A DNA stretch of 64,000 nucleotides from Octopus bimaculoides. Taxonomy: Eukaryota. The notes under the pieces were generated by a model that made no database searches, was not told the origin of the DNA, and worked only from the letters and a program-made list of their open reading frames with translations. The first letter of the stretch is position 1. Every line of letters starts with the position of its first letter. This document shows, piece by piece, positions 12,385 through 26,519 of the stretch. The position numbers and the translations under genes are program-made. The DNA is taken from contig NC_068997.1 in NCBI RefSeq assembly GCF_001194135.2, positions 55,176,875 to 55,240,874 on the forward strand, read 5' to 3'.

Positions 12385-13390
12385 CTGTAATGTGGCGAAA
12401 TAAATAGCATAGTCTCCTACATTAGTTGAGTGAATAAAGAAAACATTGAGCTAAAACACAATCTGCTGCAAAGGTTGTTTCAAATATATTATATAAATAC
12501 GATTTTATTTACAAGAAAATAGAAACTTTTTGAATTCAGCAGCTTCTAACTGCATTTTTGAAAACAATATGTGTATAAAGTGAGCTAATAATTAAGAACA
12601 CATACGTATCTTGTGTATCCATGTATGTATATAAACATATATAAGACTTCTTAGTTATTACGCTATCTTTACACTTTGCTGCACATAACTCTTGTTAAGA
12701 AGATTATTATAAACATAACTAGATTGGAATTCTTTGTAATCATTATTATTATTATTATTATTTTTAATTTTCATTCTCCCCCATTTTCTATTTTATGTAC
12801 AGTTTAAAATTTTTATATTTTTATTTCATTTCTTATTTTCTTATTTCTCTCTAAAAAGATTGTTGTGTGTAAAAGACAGTCTTGTATTTAGAAAAGAAGA
12901 TCGATGAAAGAAAGAAACGGCCAAAACAATAGCCGAGGAAAGTGAAAATGAAACAACATTTCAAATGGAAGAGGAAAAAAAAATGCTTATGACAAGAATT
13001 GTTCCACAAGAATATGTTATTGCTTTTCTCCTTTTTGTGTTCGAAGAAGACCATCACTACAAGATACACTGGAACTACGATGTAGTATTGTTGGAAGAGA
13101 GGTAAAGCAGTGCTTTAAAAAGAAATGGTTCTAGGAGTGGAAAGGTGGTGGCGCCGGGGGGGGGGGAGAAAGAAAGGAAGAAAAGAAAAACAAAGAGGAA
13201 TTAGGTGTGGAGTGAGAAAGAAAATATAAATCTATAGAATTAGGTTTTGAGTTATAGCTGTTAGATGGTTACATTAGTGACGCAAAACTGACAAATGGTT
13301 GAAGACAATCAGTAAATGAGTGGAGCGCTATCATTAGATGGTCTGGTGATAATGATATCATAGCAATTATCACTTGGAGCTGCAACTCAC

Positions 13391-13418
13391 TGGGGAGAAG
13401 AGATCTCTCAACATGAAG
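13391..13418 (-). CDS. Candidate 28-nt exon
   Basis: Very good splice sites: gttttctcttattctacag|CTTCATGTTGAGAGATCTCTTCTCCCCA|gtgagt. Two frames are open (LHVERSLLP, FMLRDLFSP). Could be UTR. Confidence 0.3.
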
Positions 13419-13574
13419 CTGTAGAATAAGAGAAAACACAGAGAGCTTTTGTGTGACATAACTATTATTTTAAATTGTTTACTGAAAAGAAGATATATAT
13501 TCATTGTGTGTATCTTGCTGGGTGCAATGCAGATAACCAAAACGAATCACGTGTGTGTGTGTGTGTGTGTGTGT

Positions 13575-13942
13575 ATCTTTTACTTGTTTTAGTCATTGGA
13601 CTGCAGCCATGCTTTTAGGTTTTAAGGGAGCAAATTGACCCCAGTACTTATTTTTATGCCTAGTACTTGTTCTATCAGTTGTTTTTTCAGAACTGCTAGG
13701 TTATAGGGTGTAAACAAAACAACAGCAGTTGTCAAACAGTGGTGGGGGGACAAACACAAAGACATACACATGTACAAACACACATGCATATGTATGATTA
13801 TGCAGTGGGATTCTTTTAGTTTCCATCTACCAGATCAACTCAAGGTTTTGGTCAGCCAAAGACACTTGCCCAACGTGTCATGCAGTGAGACTGAACCCAG
13901 AACCATGTGGTTAGAAAGCCAACTCCTTTCCACATAGCTACA
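13575..13942 (-). mobile_element. Family A SINE, full length
   Basis: Tail cttttacttgttttagtcattggactgcagccatgc through head gacacttgcccaacgtgtcatgcagtgagactgaacccagaaccatgtggttagaaagc. Confidence 0.85.
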
Positions 13943-14013
13943 CACACATACATACACAATGCATACGTACATGCACAACATAACATACACACAAGTATTC
14001 ACATTCATGTATG

Positions 14014-14200
14014 ATAGGTGTAGGCGTGGTTGTGTGGTTGCAAAGCTTGCTTTTCAAACGTTTACTCTTGGATTCAATCTCTCTGTGTGGAATTTTTGGT
14101 GGCTTCTATTATAGCCTCAGGCAGACTAAAGATTTGTGAGTCCCAACAGATGGAGACTAAAAGAAGTCGTATGTGTGTGTGCGTGGCCTTGTCTTGTTCT
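14014..14200 (+). mobile_element. Family A SINE, 5' half
   Basis: taggtgtaggcgtggttgtgtggttgcaaagcttgc...ggattcaatc...cttctattatagcctcaggcagactaaag. Confidence 0.75.
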
Positions 14201-14289
14201 GACATGCTATACAAGTGATGTTGTTCGTTTCTAGCATTGTATTTAAAATATGTATCACCCAAGGGAAATATTATCTGGCTTGGAAACAG

Positions 14290-14395
14290 GTGAGGGTTGG
14301 TGACAGGAAGGGCATCCAGCCATGGAAAATCTGCCTCAAAGGATTCCGTCTAACACATGCATGCATGGAAAAGTGGGATGTTAAAAGTGATGATG
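14290..14395 (+). mobile_element. LINE-tail-related repeat ending in (GAT)n
   Basis: gagggttggtgacaggaagggcatccagc...catggaaaagtgggatgttaaaagtgatgatg is the plus-strand version of the catcatcat-tttaac repeats. Confidence 0.6.
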
Positions 14396-14419
14396 CAGAC
14401 GGATATGCATACTTACACA

Positions 14420-14521
<102 letters not shown>

Positions 14522-14528
14522 GATACAC

Positions 14529-14564
<36 letters not shown>

Positions 14565-15299
14565 GCGTATATATATATGTAAATTATACATATCTATACA
14601 TTCCTCAGCATGTATATACATGTGTGGGTGTGGGTGTGTGTATGTGTGTGTGTATCTTTATGGCTTGAATAATAAAGTTTGTACTCAATGCCAATTTCAA
14701 TAACAGAACATCCTTTTCCCAAAAATGTCATAAATCGTTATTTTGCACCACATGTCGATGGGAAAGACAACAAACTATATCAGACAGGGATGGTGTCTCA
14801 CAGGAATTTTACTTTTCATTAATTCACTTATTCTGGTGCTAGCCATTTATATTTCTGGGTGTTTACTCAACAATTCGATTAATAACACTTTGTTTGGGCA
14901 AGTCACACTAAATCTGATTTTGCTGAAAAGTTCCAACAGTACAGAACATGCTTAAAGTTATGTCTCATGTGCAGTGCTAAAAGAAAATGTTTCTAATATA
15001 AGTATAAGACCTTAAATTTGTTGTGAGAACAGTGGTTGATCTCTTAAATTTCAGTATTTGTCTTGTACTCCACTGGCCCCAGAGGAAAGGCATGGAAAGA
15101 ATGAAAGACCTTAGGAGGGTTTGAAACTGTAAAAAGCCACCAATTTTGGAGAAGACAAGGATCAATTTAATTGATCCTTGTACATGTCTGGGGTTTTGTT
15201 TCAATGAACTCAGAAGGTTGAAAGGTAACATCATGTCTTTGCAAGGTTTCATCTCTGTGCACAAAGAATATTGCTAAAACATTAGTGATTCTGCCATCA

Positions 15300-15341
<42 letters not shown>

Positions 15342-16819
15342 ACAGTCCAAATTTTAATTCACTTCTTCACAGTTACTTTTATCCTAAATTGCTTTTCACA
15401 CAAATGCTGTTGCTGTAGTTAAAATTGTAAAAACTCTTCTCTATTGAACAGATCTCAAGTATTGCTATGATCCATTTAACTTATTCGCCTCCTTTTGAAA
15501 TTGTTAAACTAGAACTGTAGTGAAGGTTGTTTAAGTAGTGAAATAATGGATTACAACATCAGCTTTTAGACTTCTTACTTATTGAGACATCTTGTCAATA
15601 GAACCACCAGAGTTGGCTATTTAACAGCATCAGCAAAGGCTCTTTACTTCAATTTAACTCTTCTCTAAACAATTTTGTCAATCTTTTGTTACAATCTCAA
15701 ATACTATTCACCAACCTCTTCTTAATGTTTATTTTTTCCCCTTAATTATCTGGTTTGGGGATTCTATCATTTTATTCCTTGCCATTACTTAGAACTATTT
15801 GTTTTTCATTAATTTGAAATATTCCTCCCAAATTATCACCAAACTTATTTTGTATGACTCATCGAGATGCCATACAGCCGACGGGAACCGAAGAAATAAA
15901 CTAATTTACTTTACTTCACTATATTCAGAATAAGATTTATATCTTATAATAAAATGATGCCACACTCTCTCATTTATCCATTTTTGAAAATAGTTTCTGC
16001 AAGAAACATCATCAGACATTAAAAAAAAAAATGAAGAAAGAAATGCGAGGAATTATTGTTAAAAGTAACTAAATAAGATTTGCTATGTTAATGGCTAAAG
16101 AGTCATTAATGAAGTTTATGCAACTCTTAAAAAGCAAAAACACAATCAAATAGAATAACACATGGCATGATGCCAACTGCATTTTTGCCTCTAAGCAAAC
16201 AAATATTCGAGTATCAGGTTTCAATATCCTTCAATTCTAGCTCATAAGTGGATCTATGTTTAAACATACTTGACATATTCTGCAATGATATTTGTTTTCA
16301 GCGAGTTACTCAAAGGATCAACATACAGCCTCTGATTTTAATACAGGTTCTAATATGTATAGTTCCACTTAAAAAAGCTAATTATGTCTTTTCAGTTTTT
16401 TTTTCATTGTTATTTTAATTATTTTTATTTATTTACAAATGGCATTTATGAAGTAAAACATTACAATAAGATCTTAAGAATTTCTCGATTGTTGCTAAAT
16501 TAAAATTAGGTAACAAGAAATTTGCTACTTTACTCAAAAGTAGTTTATTCCACATAACCTCAGCTCTACATTTCCATGCAAACATGAACAAATGAAAAAG
16601 GAAGTAATTATGTGAAAAAAATATCTAATAGAAACCAAAATTTAATTTACTTCATCATTTCTGTCCCACTTCACTATTTCAAACCTAAACGCTGCAAACC
16701 TGGAAATGGTATGGAATTAATTTAACTTCTCACACACTTCAAATAAATTTTCATTACACGTGTGTGAACAATAATGTTGATGTCTAACCTCAGGCCAAAT
16801 GTAACCAGGCAGACATATA

Positions 16820-17030
16820 ATCCTTTCTGCTAAAGGCACGTGGCCTGAAATTTAGAGGAGGAAGCAAGTTCATTGCATTCATCTCAGTGTTCAACTAGTA
16901 CTTATTTTATCGATCCTGAAAGGATGAAAGGTAAAGTCGACCTTGCAGGAATTTGAACTCAGAGTATGAAGATGGAGAAAATGTTGCTAAGCCTTTTGTC
17001 TGGCATGCTGATAATTCTGCCATCTCCCCC
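16820..17030 (-). mobile_element. Family B SINE, full length
   Basis: tcctttctgctaaaggcac...atcgatcctgaaaggatgaaaggtaaagtcgacc...gaatttgaactcag...attctgcc. Confidence 0.8.
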
Positions 17031-17257
17031 GCTTTAATAGCTACAGACTAAAGTTATATTTGTATCTTATATTGTTATGATATGAATGAATTCAATGAGT
17101 AGAGATCTAATTGGATGGTAAAGTTATAGATGAGAGATTAAGAAGTGTGCCTCAGGGCTACATGTTTGTGGGCTCATTTTTACTAAGCAAGAATCTTCTA
17201 CAATGGTCCCTCACTGCCTTGTGAGAATTTGATTGATAGAAACTGTACAATACTCAT

Positions 17258-17298
<41 letters not shown>

Positions 17299-17418
17299 CA
17301 AGACTTAATAATAAATTCTGAAATGGTTTACTTAGATCTCAATTATGTCAATAATTTCACTACAAACTCTCCAATCTTTTTATAGATACGTATATTTATC
17401 ATGTATGCATGTGTGCTG

Positions 17419-17459
<41 letters not shown>

Positions 17460-17784
17460 TTTTGTAACAACAGAGACCAGAAGCAAGAAAGTTTGACTCA
17501 ATAATATGGATTCTCTTTACAGCTTCCTTGCGAGTAAGATTTGATCAATGGATATATATATATATATATATATGTATACGTATATATACTCACACACACT
17601 GAGGACTATGGCTTCTTAATTATAATCTTTATATTTCTTTCCCTTACAGGTGATTTTTTTCCCCATTATGTGTGAAAAGTTATTACATGAGCAAACAAGA
17701 GATTAAGAGTATTAAATATTATTGTGAAATTACTAATCTAAAATGTCTTTATGGCACCTTATATAAAAGTGTGTGTGTGTGTGT

Positions 17785-17842
<58 letters not shown>

Positions 17843-18111
17843 TTACATCCTGTGTTTTGGAGAAAGAAAGCTCTAAGCTACAACAATGTTGATTCTTGGC
17901 AATTCCCTCTCAACAAATCATCTGCTTCCTCTGTTCTTTGGAAGATAAATGGATTGAGAAATCTCTCACTTACAGAATCTGGTGAAGGTTAGTGGCAGGA
18001 AAGGCATTCAGCTGTAAAAAAAACAATGCCTTTTTATATGCAGTTGCTTTACCCATCCTAGCATTAAAAGAATGGACAGAAAATGCACACACACACACAT
18101 ATATATATTAT

Positions 18112-18330
18112 TCTTTTATTCTTGTATTTGTTTCAGTCATTTGACCACGGCCATTCTGGAGCACCGCCTTTAGTTGAACAAGTCGACTCCAGGACTTATT
18201 CTTTGTAAGCCTAGTACTTATTCTTTCAGTCCCGTTTGCTGAACTGTTAAGTTACAAGGACATAAACACATCAACATCAGTTGTCAAGCGATGGTGGAGG
18301 AGGAAACAAACACACACACACACACACACG

Positions 18331-18389
<59 letters not shown>

Positions 18390-18421
18390 CAGGCTTCTTT
18401 CAGTTTCCTTGATAACAAATT
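18112..18421 (-). mobile_element. Family A SINE split by a (CA)n(TA)n expansion
   Basis: Tail gtttcagtcatttgaccacggccattctggagcaccgcc...gttgtcaagcgatggtgg, then microsatellite, then gacaggcttctttcagtttcc. Confidence 0.85.
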
Positions 18422-19086
18422 AAATAGGGCCATAATGTGTTTTAAATCAGAGGGTGAGGAACCAAGACAAATACTGTGAAGCATTCATTTTGAGATTCTG
18501 AAAACTCTGGCTCTTCACTAGGTTATTTGTTGACCCATAGAAGAATGAAAAGCAAATCTGACCTCAGTAGGATTTGAACTCAGCTTCAACAAATACTACA
18601 AAGTATTTTGTAAGAGAGATTCTTTAATAGTCTGCCAATTCCTGACTGAAAATCGAACACAGCATTATGATGTTATGGATGAAAGTAGGCCTGTATCCCC
18701 TGCATAACAAGAAGCTTCTTTTATGCTTGCACTCCATCACCTGGCATCAAGCTGCATCTCTGTCTACTTTAGTCTCACTCAGAAAATACTGATGGGAGCT
18801 AAATCATATTCTGACAATTTAACTGCTTCTGGTTGTTTGTTTTGATTAACCAAGATCTATGATAAAAAGACAGTCCAGCCATGACTGTTCCATCTTTGTT
18901 TTCCAGTTATCAAATGAAGCAGAACTATGATCAAAGATAGTTTAACAATGAACATGCCACTTTTTCAGACATGATACAAGCATATACACACATATATACA
19001 CACACACACATGTGTGTGTGTGTGTATATGAGTGTATATACATGTGTATATACATATATGTATATGCATATCTGTCTATCTATCTA

Positions 19087-19126
<40 letters not shown>

Positions 19127-19189
19127 TGGAAGACAGACGTTACACAATGATGATGATGAGGATGATGATGATGATGATATATATATATA

Positions 19190-19380
19190 TATTCTGAAGA
19201 ATTCCAGGCTCTATGGGTATTGCGGAAGGCATGGCTGGAGGCCTGCTTAGGAAAACTGAAGGACTGCTGCAATAAGTGCGTGAATTTGAGAGGGAAATAT
19301 CTTGAATAAAATTATAATTAAGTGATCCTTCTGTATTTTCTTTTACCCAAAGCCAGGAACTTATCAGCACTCCCTCATAT
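19190..19380 (+). mobile_element. Mariner-derived MITE, copy 2, both TIRs
   Basis: TIRs attctgaagaattccaggct and agccaggaacttatcagcac. Internal frame LGKLKDCCNKCVNLRGKYLE* resembles the mariner transposase C-terminus (KC...GEY). Ends in TA. Confidence 0.7.
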
Positions 19381-19990
19381 AGTGTATCTATGTATATATA
19401 TATATATATGTATGTATATAGCTCAATCCAAGGTAAGCTTATCTTATTTAAATTCTTTATCTGATGATTTGCTGAAAGAAGATAACTAACATGTTTTTCT
19501 TCATGTATGCTTTATATAACATAAAGAAACATATGTGATAAATACCGAAATTTTCCTGTTTTCTGCTTCAGTATACACACACACACACGCATACTTATAT
19601 ATATATATGCATATATACATACAAACATACACACAAATATGTAGCCTGTAGTCGGATGTGGCTATTTTTAAAACAATAGGATGTGATATGATCAATACTT
19701 GACTGCTATTTGTAACAGGTCAAAAGGATACATGGTAATGTATTGTATAGTGAGGTGCCATTTCAGAGAGACCAACCATAAAAATAGAACCTTCTAAAAA
19801 TTCACAGGAACACAAGTGACATCATTTATTTTTTTCTCTTCGAAATGATTACAACTTAAAGGTGTGTTAAATTCTTATGAAATATTGAAGGACAAACAGA
19901 CAAAAAACAAAACAGGAAAAAAGGGAACAGAATAAAATCCCAAAATGGTAAATGGAATGAACATTAATTCTTCAATCTTTCAAGATAAAA

Positions 19991-20208
19991 AAGGCGGCAG
20001 GCTGGAAGAAATGTTAGCATGCTGGGCGAAATGCTTTGCAGTATTATGTCTGTCTTTACATTCTTAGTTCAAATTCCACCAAGGTTGATTTTGCCTTTCA
20101 TCCATTCGGGATCGATAAATTAAGTACTAGTTGCATACTGGGGTTTACCTAATTGATTGGCCCCCTCCCCAGAAATTTTGGGCTTTGTGCCTAGAGTAGA
20201 AAAGAATA
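19991..20208 (+). mobile_element. Family B SINE, full length, with TSD
   Basis: aaggcggcaggctggaagaaatgttagc...agttcaaattcc...gtgcctagagtagaaaagaat. Flanked by tttcaagat (19978-19986 and 20209-20217). Confidence 0.85.
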
Positions 20209-20765
20209 TTTCAAGATTAAAATATATATATATATATATATATATCTTTTTCTGTGCCATACTTCAGTTGATGTGAGACCCTCCTTGATTAAGGAGAATA
20301 GCTGAAGGTGAAAAGAAACATCAGGAAAACAAGAAAGCAAAGATTCGAAAAATATTTGCTTCATTGTTAGTAGTGGACAGAATTCTATTTGTTAGAAGCA
20401 ATGAGAGAGAGAGAGAGAGAGAGAGTGACTTAAAGAGCTACACTGATTCTTCACAGAAGAATACCTGCTGAGCATGAAATGAAATAACGAATTAACTACT
20501 GTTGTTCATGAAAACATCTGTGTGATATGTATGAGTGTTTATACTCACACACACACACAAATATTCAATAAATGTGTGTGTGTGTATGTATGTATATATA
20601 TATATATATATNNNNNNNNNNTTGAAAATCCTACACGACTAGGTGAAAAGCGCTTTATTTAATATGTGACATTAATAAAAAATCTGTAAATGTACAAACA
20701 TCCAAATTTCTGAGTACCTTAATTTTTTTCTATATAATTTCTGTACATCACCTCCAAACCTTCCA

Positions 20766-20800
<35 letters not shown>

Positions 20801-20984
20801 CATACATACATACATATCATCATCATCGTTTAACGTCCGCTTTCCATGCTAGCATGGATTGGACGATTTGACTGAGGACTGGTGAAACCGGATGGCAACC
20901 GGATGATGATGATGATGATGTGTATATATATATATATTTATATATATATATATATACATACATACATACATATATATATATAAT

Positions 20985-21180
20985 CTTGTTTCAGTCATTG
21001 GACTGCAGCCATGCTGGAGCACTGCCTTGAAAGGTTTAGTCAAATAAATCAATCCCAGTGCTAACATTTTAGGTCTGGTATTTATTCTATCAATCTCTTC
21101 TGCTGTATCACTAAGTTATGAGAATGTAAGAAAAACCAACACCAGTTGTCAGGTTGTGAAGGGGACAAACACAAAGACAT
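20985..21180 (-). mobile_element. Family A SINE, 3' half
   Basis: cttgtttcagtcattggactgcagccatgctggagcactgcc...ccagttgtcaggttgtgaaggggacaaacac. Confidence 0.8.
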
Positions 21181-21189
21181 TAAATAAGT

Positions 21190-21404
21190 GGCCTCTCTAG
21201 GCTATGGAGGAGGAAAGGACCTTGCTACTCAATATCACCAACAGGGGATTGTCTTCCATCAGTTATTGATTGCAAGTGACCCTGTTTTCTTGTGGTTTCC
21301 AATGGGCTTCAATTTCAGGAAATAGCCAAAAGGAGACAATCTCCCGTTGTTGACATTTAGTAGCAAAGTCCTTTCCTCCTCCTCCTCCATAGTCTAAAGA
21401 GGCC
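21190..21404. mobile_element. Foldback or MITE-like element with ~68-73 bp inverted arms
   Basis: 21190-21257 matches the reverse complement of 21332-21404 with 8 mismatches, one 6-nt GGA indel and one 1-nt indel. Ends are GGCC...GGCC. Confidence 0.7.
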
Positions 21405-22509
21405 TTAAGCCAACAGGTTTTGGAATCTGAGGACACGCCATAAAGCTAAGCGCTTTATGGACATGAAACCCAGGGTAATTCTATAAAAAGGCACCAAAAG
21501 AGAATGACTCTCCCCATACGCAACAGAATATGCTTCAACACTCGAACTCACATAAAGAATTTTGCAAACCAAATCTCAAAACGAAATATATATATATATA
21601 TATATGATGGGTTTTTTTCAGTTTGTGTATATAAAATCCACTGACAAACCTTTTGTTGGCTGAAGGCCTTAATAGAAGAGTCATGCAGTGGGATTGAACT
21701 TGGAACCATGTGGATGGGAAGCATAACTTCTTAACACAGTCACGTCTGCATCTAGTAAGCAATAATGGGAAAACATTTCAACAGTAAAAATGATTTTTCC
21801 AATAAACTCAACCAATCTTGCAGACACAAAACACATGAAATACTAATGGAAAAAAAAAAAAAAAATTTACCCACTAACTATAAATAAATGATGAAATATA
21901 TGTGGGATTTCATGTTTTGCCTGAAAGAAGGAAGTATTTATTATTAAACTAATTAAATATTAATAATGTAGTCTATTTCATTGTTGAAAGGTAGGAAGAT
22001 ATTAAATAGATGTGAACTGTAGGAGGTGTGATTACAGATTTTAAAAATTAGTTTTATAAATACTGCACCTATGAAGACATGCTTTAACTAGCATTCAGGA
22101 TACAGGCACACATACATAGAATAACACACGCATATATATATATACACAGTGAGTATACAACACACACATACGTAGAATAACTACAATTTATCACATGATA
22201 TTGTTTCATTCTCAAAGCACTTACTCATATACAAATACCATCACATTCTCATTATGCATGGCTCTGTTTTCATTACAAACATAGACATACTATACAAAGA
22301 CGATAAGAAATATATACATGTATGTACGTGTGTGTATACATATAGCAATACTATATACAAATGTCCCATGCTGGCCAAATTAGTTTTAAAAAATGTTTTA
22401 CTTAGGCAGTATCATTCACTCATTACAAAAACACATTAAAGATTACATATTTGTGTGTGTGTGCGTGCCTGTATGTTTGTGAGTGTATGTATGAATGACT
22501 ATAATACTC

Positions 22510-22546
<37 letters not shown>

Positions 22547-23771
22547 GTATGTATGTGTGTATGTATATCTATCTTTATATATGTAAGTATAAACACACAC
22601 ACACATACAAAGTATTATAAGTCTCATAACAGTCAATTCATGTTACTGAACAGTTTCATGTTGAAAAACCTTCCAACTGATGAGAGATAAATGAACGATC
22701 ATCAGGCGTTGCTGAAGCAGCTGCCACACGACTAAATTTATAGTATTGCATAAAATATGCTTACTTGTTATCTAATATTCAAGTGTTAGTTTTTTCTGAC
22801 TTATGAAATTTATTGGATGAATATATTTGTGTGTGTAACATAGAGCACTTATAAGTGCTACAGATTACATGTAATCCAAAGTAATCTGTTACCCATTTTT
22901 TTTACATAGTTTGGGTCATTTGTGATTAAACTAGTTAGGAACCTTCCCAATGTAGCCTGATGAAGAGGGTTCCACAGATTCCAGTTGCACAAAAACAGTC
23001 TCTACACAAGGAGGTGAAGAGTTCTCTAATAGCTGTGTACTGGAACACAGAAATACTGAAGATGGTAAAGGACCATATAAGTCTTCTGAGAATTATGGGC
23101 CGATTTGTAGCCAAGGTGACAGCTGTTGTATGAGAAAGGATCTCTGAATATAATCTTGGTACATCAATGATCTATGATTGTCTGTAAAACTTTCAGGCTT
23201 TGCTACGGTTTTGGTGAGCTTATGAATAGTTAAGTAAGGTAATATGGTGCATGTGTTTCATTCAATAAATATTTCTTTCGTCTTATCCCTGTTACGTGTT
23301 GCTTGTTAAAAACAGATGTTGATTTTTGGTTTGTTAACATAAATCATACATATTGAATCCTGAAAAAGAGTCATACTGCGGCAATGTTGTTGTTGGTGCA
23401 CTTCCCATGTTGTAACTTTGCTCGTCTGGTCACACTCCTCTAATTATTTACTTGGGAACAGATTCACGGAACTTTGCATGCATTGTTGTTTTGTTAAGTA
23501 GGGCCAGCGATGTGCACAGTGTCAGCACAGTGCATCACATCAACAGCACACTGCATGAGGCACATCTTATGCTTGTGCCACTTATTTGCTTCTCGTGGTA
23601 ACACGTCCATCTCAGAGTATTTAGACGATACGTACATTCTCCCTGCTCTTGCCTCAGTTTCTTTACAGCAAGTATCAGGGGTGGCCACCACCAAGTTTTA
23701 GTTCACTTCCATCATGTGTGCATGCGTGACAGTTTGCATTTCTGTGTGTTTATTTATTATAAAATAAACAT

Positions 23772-23808
<37 letters not shown>

Positions 23809-23939
23809 GAATGGGTGTCTTTAGTGGAACATCTAAGGTGTCTGCAAATCCAAAAAGTACCCAAGGCACTTGTGGGGTAGAGTTAGTATTATAACATACA
23901 TACATGAATATACATATATAATACATATGTGTGTGTATT

Positions 23940-24092
23940 ATCATCATCACCATCTTCTGCCTTCCATGTTGGTATGGGTTGGATGATCTAACAGGAGCCA
24001 GCCTGGCAGGAGCTTACACCAGACTTTTGTGTCTGTTTTGGCAGGGTTTTTATGGCAGGATGCCCTTCCTAACACCAACCACCTGACAGAGT
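23940..24092 (-). mobile_element. LINE-tail-related repeat
   Basis: atcatcatcaccatc...ccttccatgttggtatgggttggatg...ttttatggcaggatgcccttcctaacaccaacc. Confidence 0.6.
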
Positions 24093-24253
24093 GGAGTATA
24101 TATATATGTGTGTGTGCATGTATGTATGTATACACACACACACATACTGTATATATATACATATATATTTAAGTGTCTGGGTACTGAAAGTATGTAAATA
24201 ATACAAACATTTTCAACACACACATATATACATGTGTGTATGTATATATATGC

Positions 24254-24315
<62 letters not shown>

Positions 24316-26478
24316 CCATGCATTCATTAAGATGATTGTGGGTGTACGTATGTGCACACAACATGCACACACACAAATTACCGATCGGTTTTTATGAAAT
24401 CAATTTAGAAATTTGGAATATCTAATTGGTAATGTAGCTTGCCCTACAATAAACTTTCTGGTAATGAAAGCGATTTTTATGTAAGAATATTATATTCCTA
24501 GCACACTTTTGCTGGAATCATTTTTGCATTTATCAAGATTTGGTGTAATTATTTTTTGGCAATTTTGAAAAGACAATTATACATACATTTAGTAATTGTG
24601 AATATGAGAGCATTCATTCTATAGCTTCATCCTAGATAGAAGCAAATTTATATACATGTGTGTGTGTATGTACATATGCACGTATATACATTTATATACA
24701 TAAACATGTATACACACATACACACATATATACAAATACATAAACATTTATATCCATACATGTACACATATACATACACATATATGTATACATACATATG
24801 TGTGTATGTATGTATGTATTCACTGACATATGCACATATATATGTATGTGTATACATATATGTTTATATATATTGTTGCTGTGTGTGTGAGTTTATAACA
24901 TATATATATCTTAAGTTTCTAACTCAAATTCTAACAAAACATTTTCTTAATGGATAAAATACATTTAGAGAGAAAAAAAAAAAAAGACCCAGTAAATAAA
25001 CATGAAGTTGTCTTTCATGAAATACATTTGGCTTATAAGATAGGATTTCAGTCAGGCATTAAAAGATACACATCTAAGTTTATACATTTACAAAATCAAC
25101 AAGAATATCATTTTCTTAATCTAGATATCTCTGTATATTTGGTTTTTAGTGATATTTAATAATATTTCAGTTTAACTGTTACCTGCATGAGACATCCTTA
25201 ATAAGCATTTTGTCAACTTGGACTGTTCCATTATATGAAGATGGTATTTTTTCCTGTTTTCTTCCTTTTCTTTCTCAAAATCCTTCGACTCTTAATTCTT
25301 AAATAATTTTGAAATTTACAAGAAAAATTTATCTTGTCTAGTTTTTAATCTTGATAAACCTTCCCATCATGCGATATATATATATATATTTATATATAAA
25401 CATCAAGGGGAATATAAATTGATGTGGTTTCTTTTTCTTCTTCTAGGAAAACTAGTAAATATTTTAAGAATAATAGTAAATATTTAGGAATAGGTGAACA
25501 TAAAAATTCATATTAAAAAAAAATTTTTCTAATGCTTATTTTCCTAGGGAGCAATTATGAGCTGGTTGTCGAATGTTGGAGGAGATGAAAGTTTAGCGTA
25601 GTTAGAGTAGTTAAGATATTGTAGGAGTGACTTTAATAGGATAAAATACTATCATATATAGGAATAATGAAAAAAGATAAGATTGGGGGCTGAAGAAAAT
25701 TAATAAGAAATAAATGCGTAAATGTGTCTCTAAAGTCCTTGAAATAAAACTTAACAAAACAACATGGCAGTAATTTAAGACAGAAAGAAAAAGGATTTCT
25801 TTTTCTTTTTGTAGTCTATCCCTCCCCACCATCTGCTACACCACTAGCCTCGCAGCCGACATCATCAATGCTGTTGCCATATTACACCTTCTTCCATGGC
25901 CACCACACCTCTGCTATTATCTTCTCTTATCATTTCACTTCTCCATTTTCTCCCTGTAGTCCTAAAACCAGAAGCAATATCTGGTAGCATACTCTAACCA
26001 CCCCTGATACTGTAAATCCCATCAGAATAGTTTTGCTTCTCTGCAATGTTGGTTAGAGATATGTTTGTAGAAGATGAAAGAAACCTTAGCCACAGTTTTT
26101 ATATGTATACTCATAATTTATACACACACACACACATACTGTGAATATATATACATGCATGTATGGATGTGTATGTTTGTTTCCTAATACACACACATAT
26201 ATATAGTCATCATTTTAACGTCCATTTTCTCATACTTGCATGGAGAGGGTGGGGTATTTTGAAGCAGATGTTATATATATATAATGATGATGATATATAT
26301 ATATATATACATACACGTATGTGCATCATTCATTGTATGTCTATTTTTCCATGCTACCATGGGTTGGACAAATACTTTCAACCATATACAAAAACATATG
26401 TGTGTATATATATATGTGTGTGTGTATGTATGCATATACATTATATATAACAAGTATTGCCCTTGTTGCTAATGTTAC

Positions 26479-26515
<37 letters not shown>

Positions 26516-26519
26516 GAGA

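Noticed and set aside
12908-13094. Plus open frame KKETAKTIAEESENETTF...
   Set aside because: Purine-rich low complexity, and no acceptor in a usable position.
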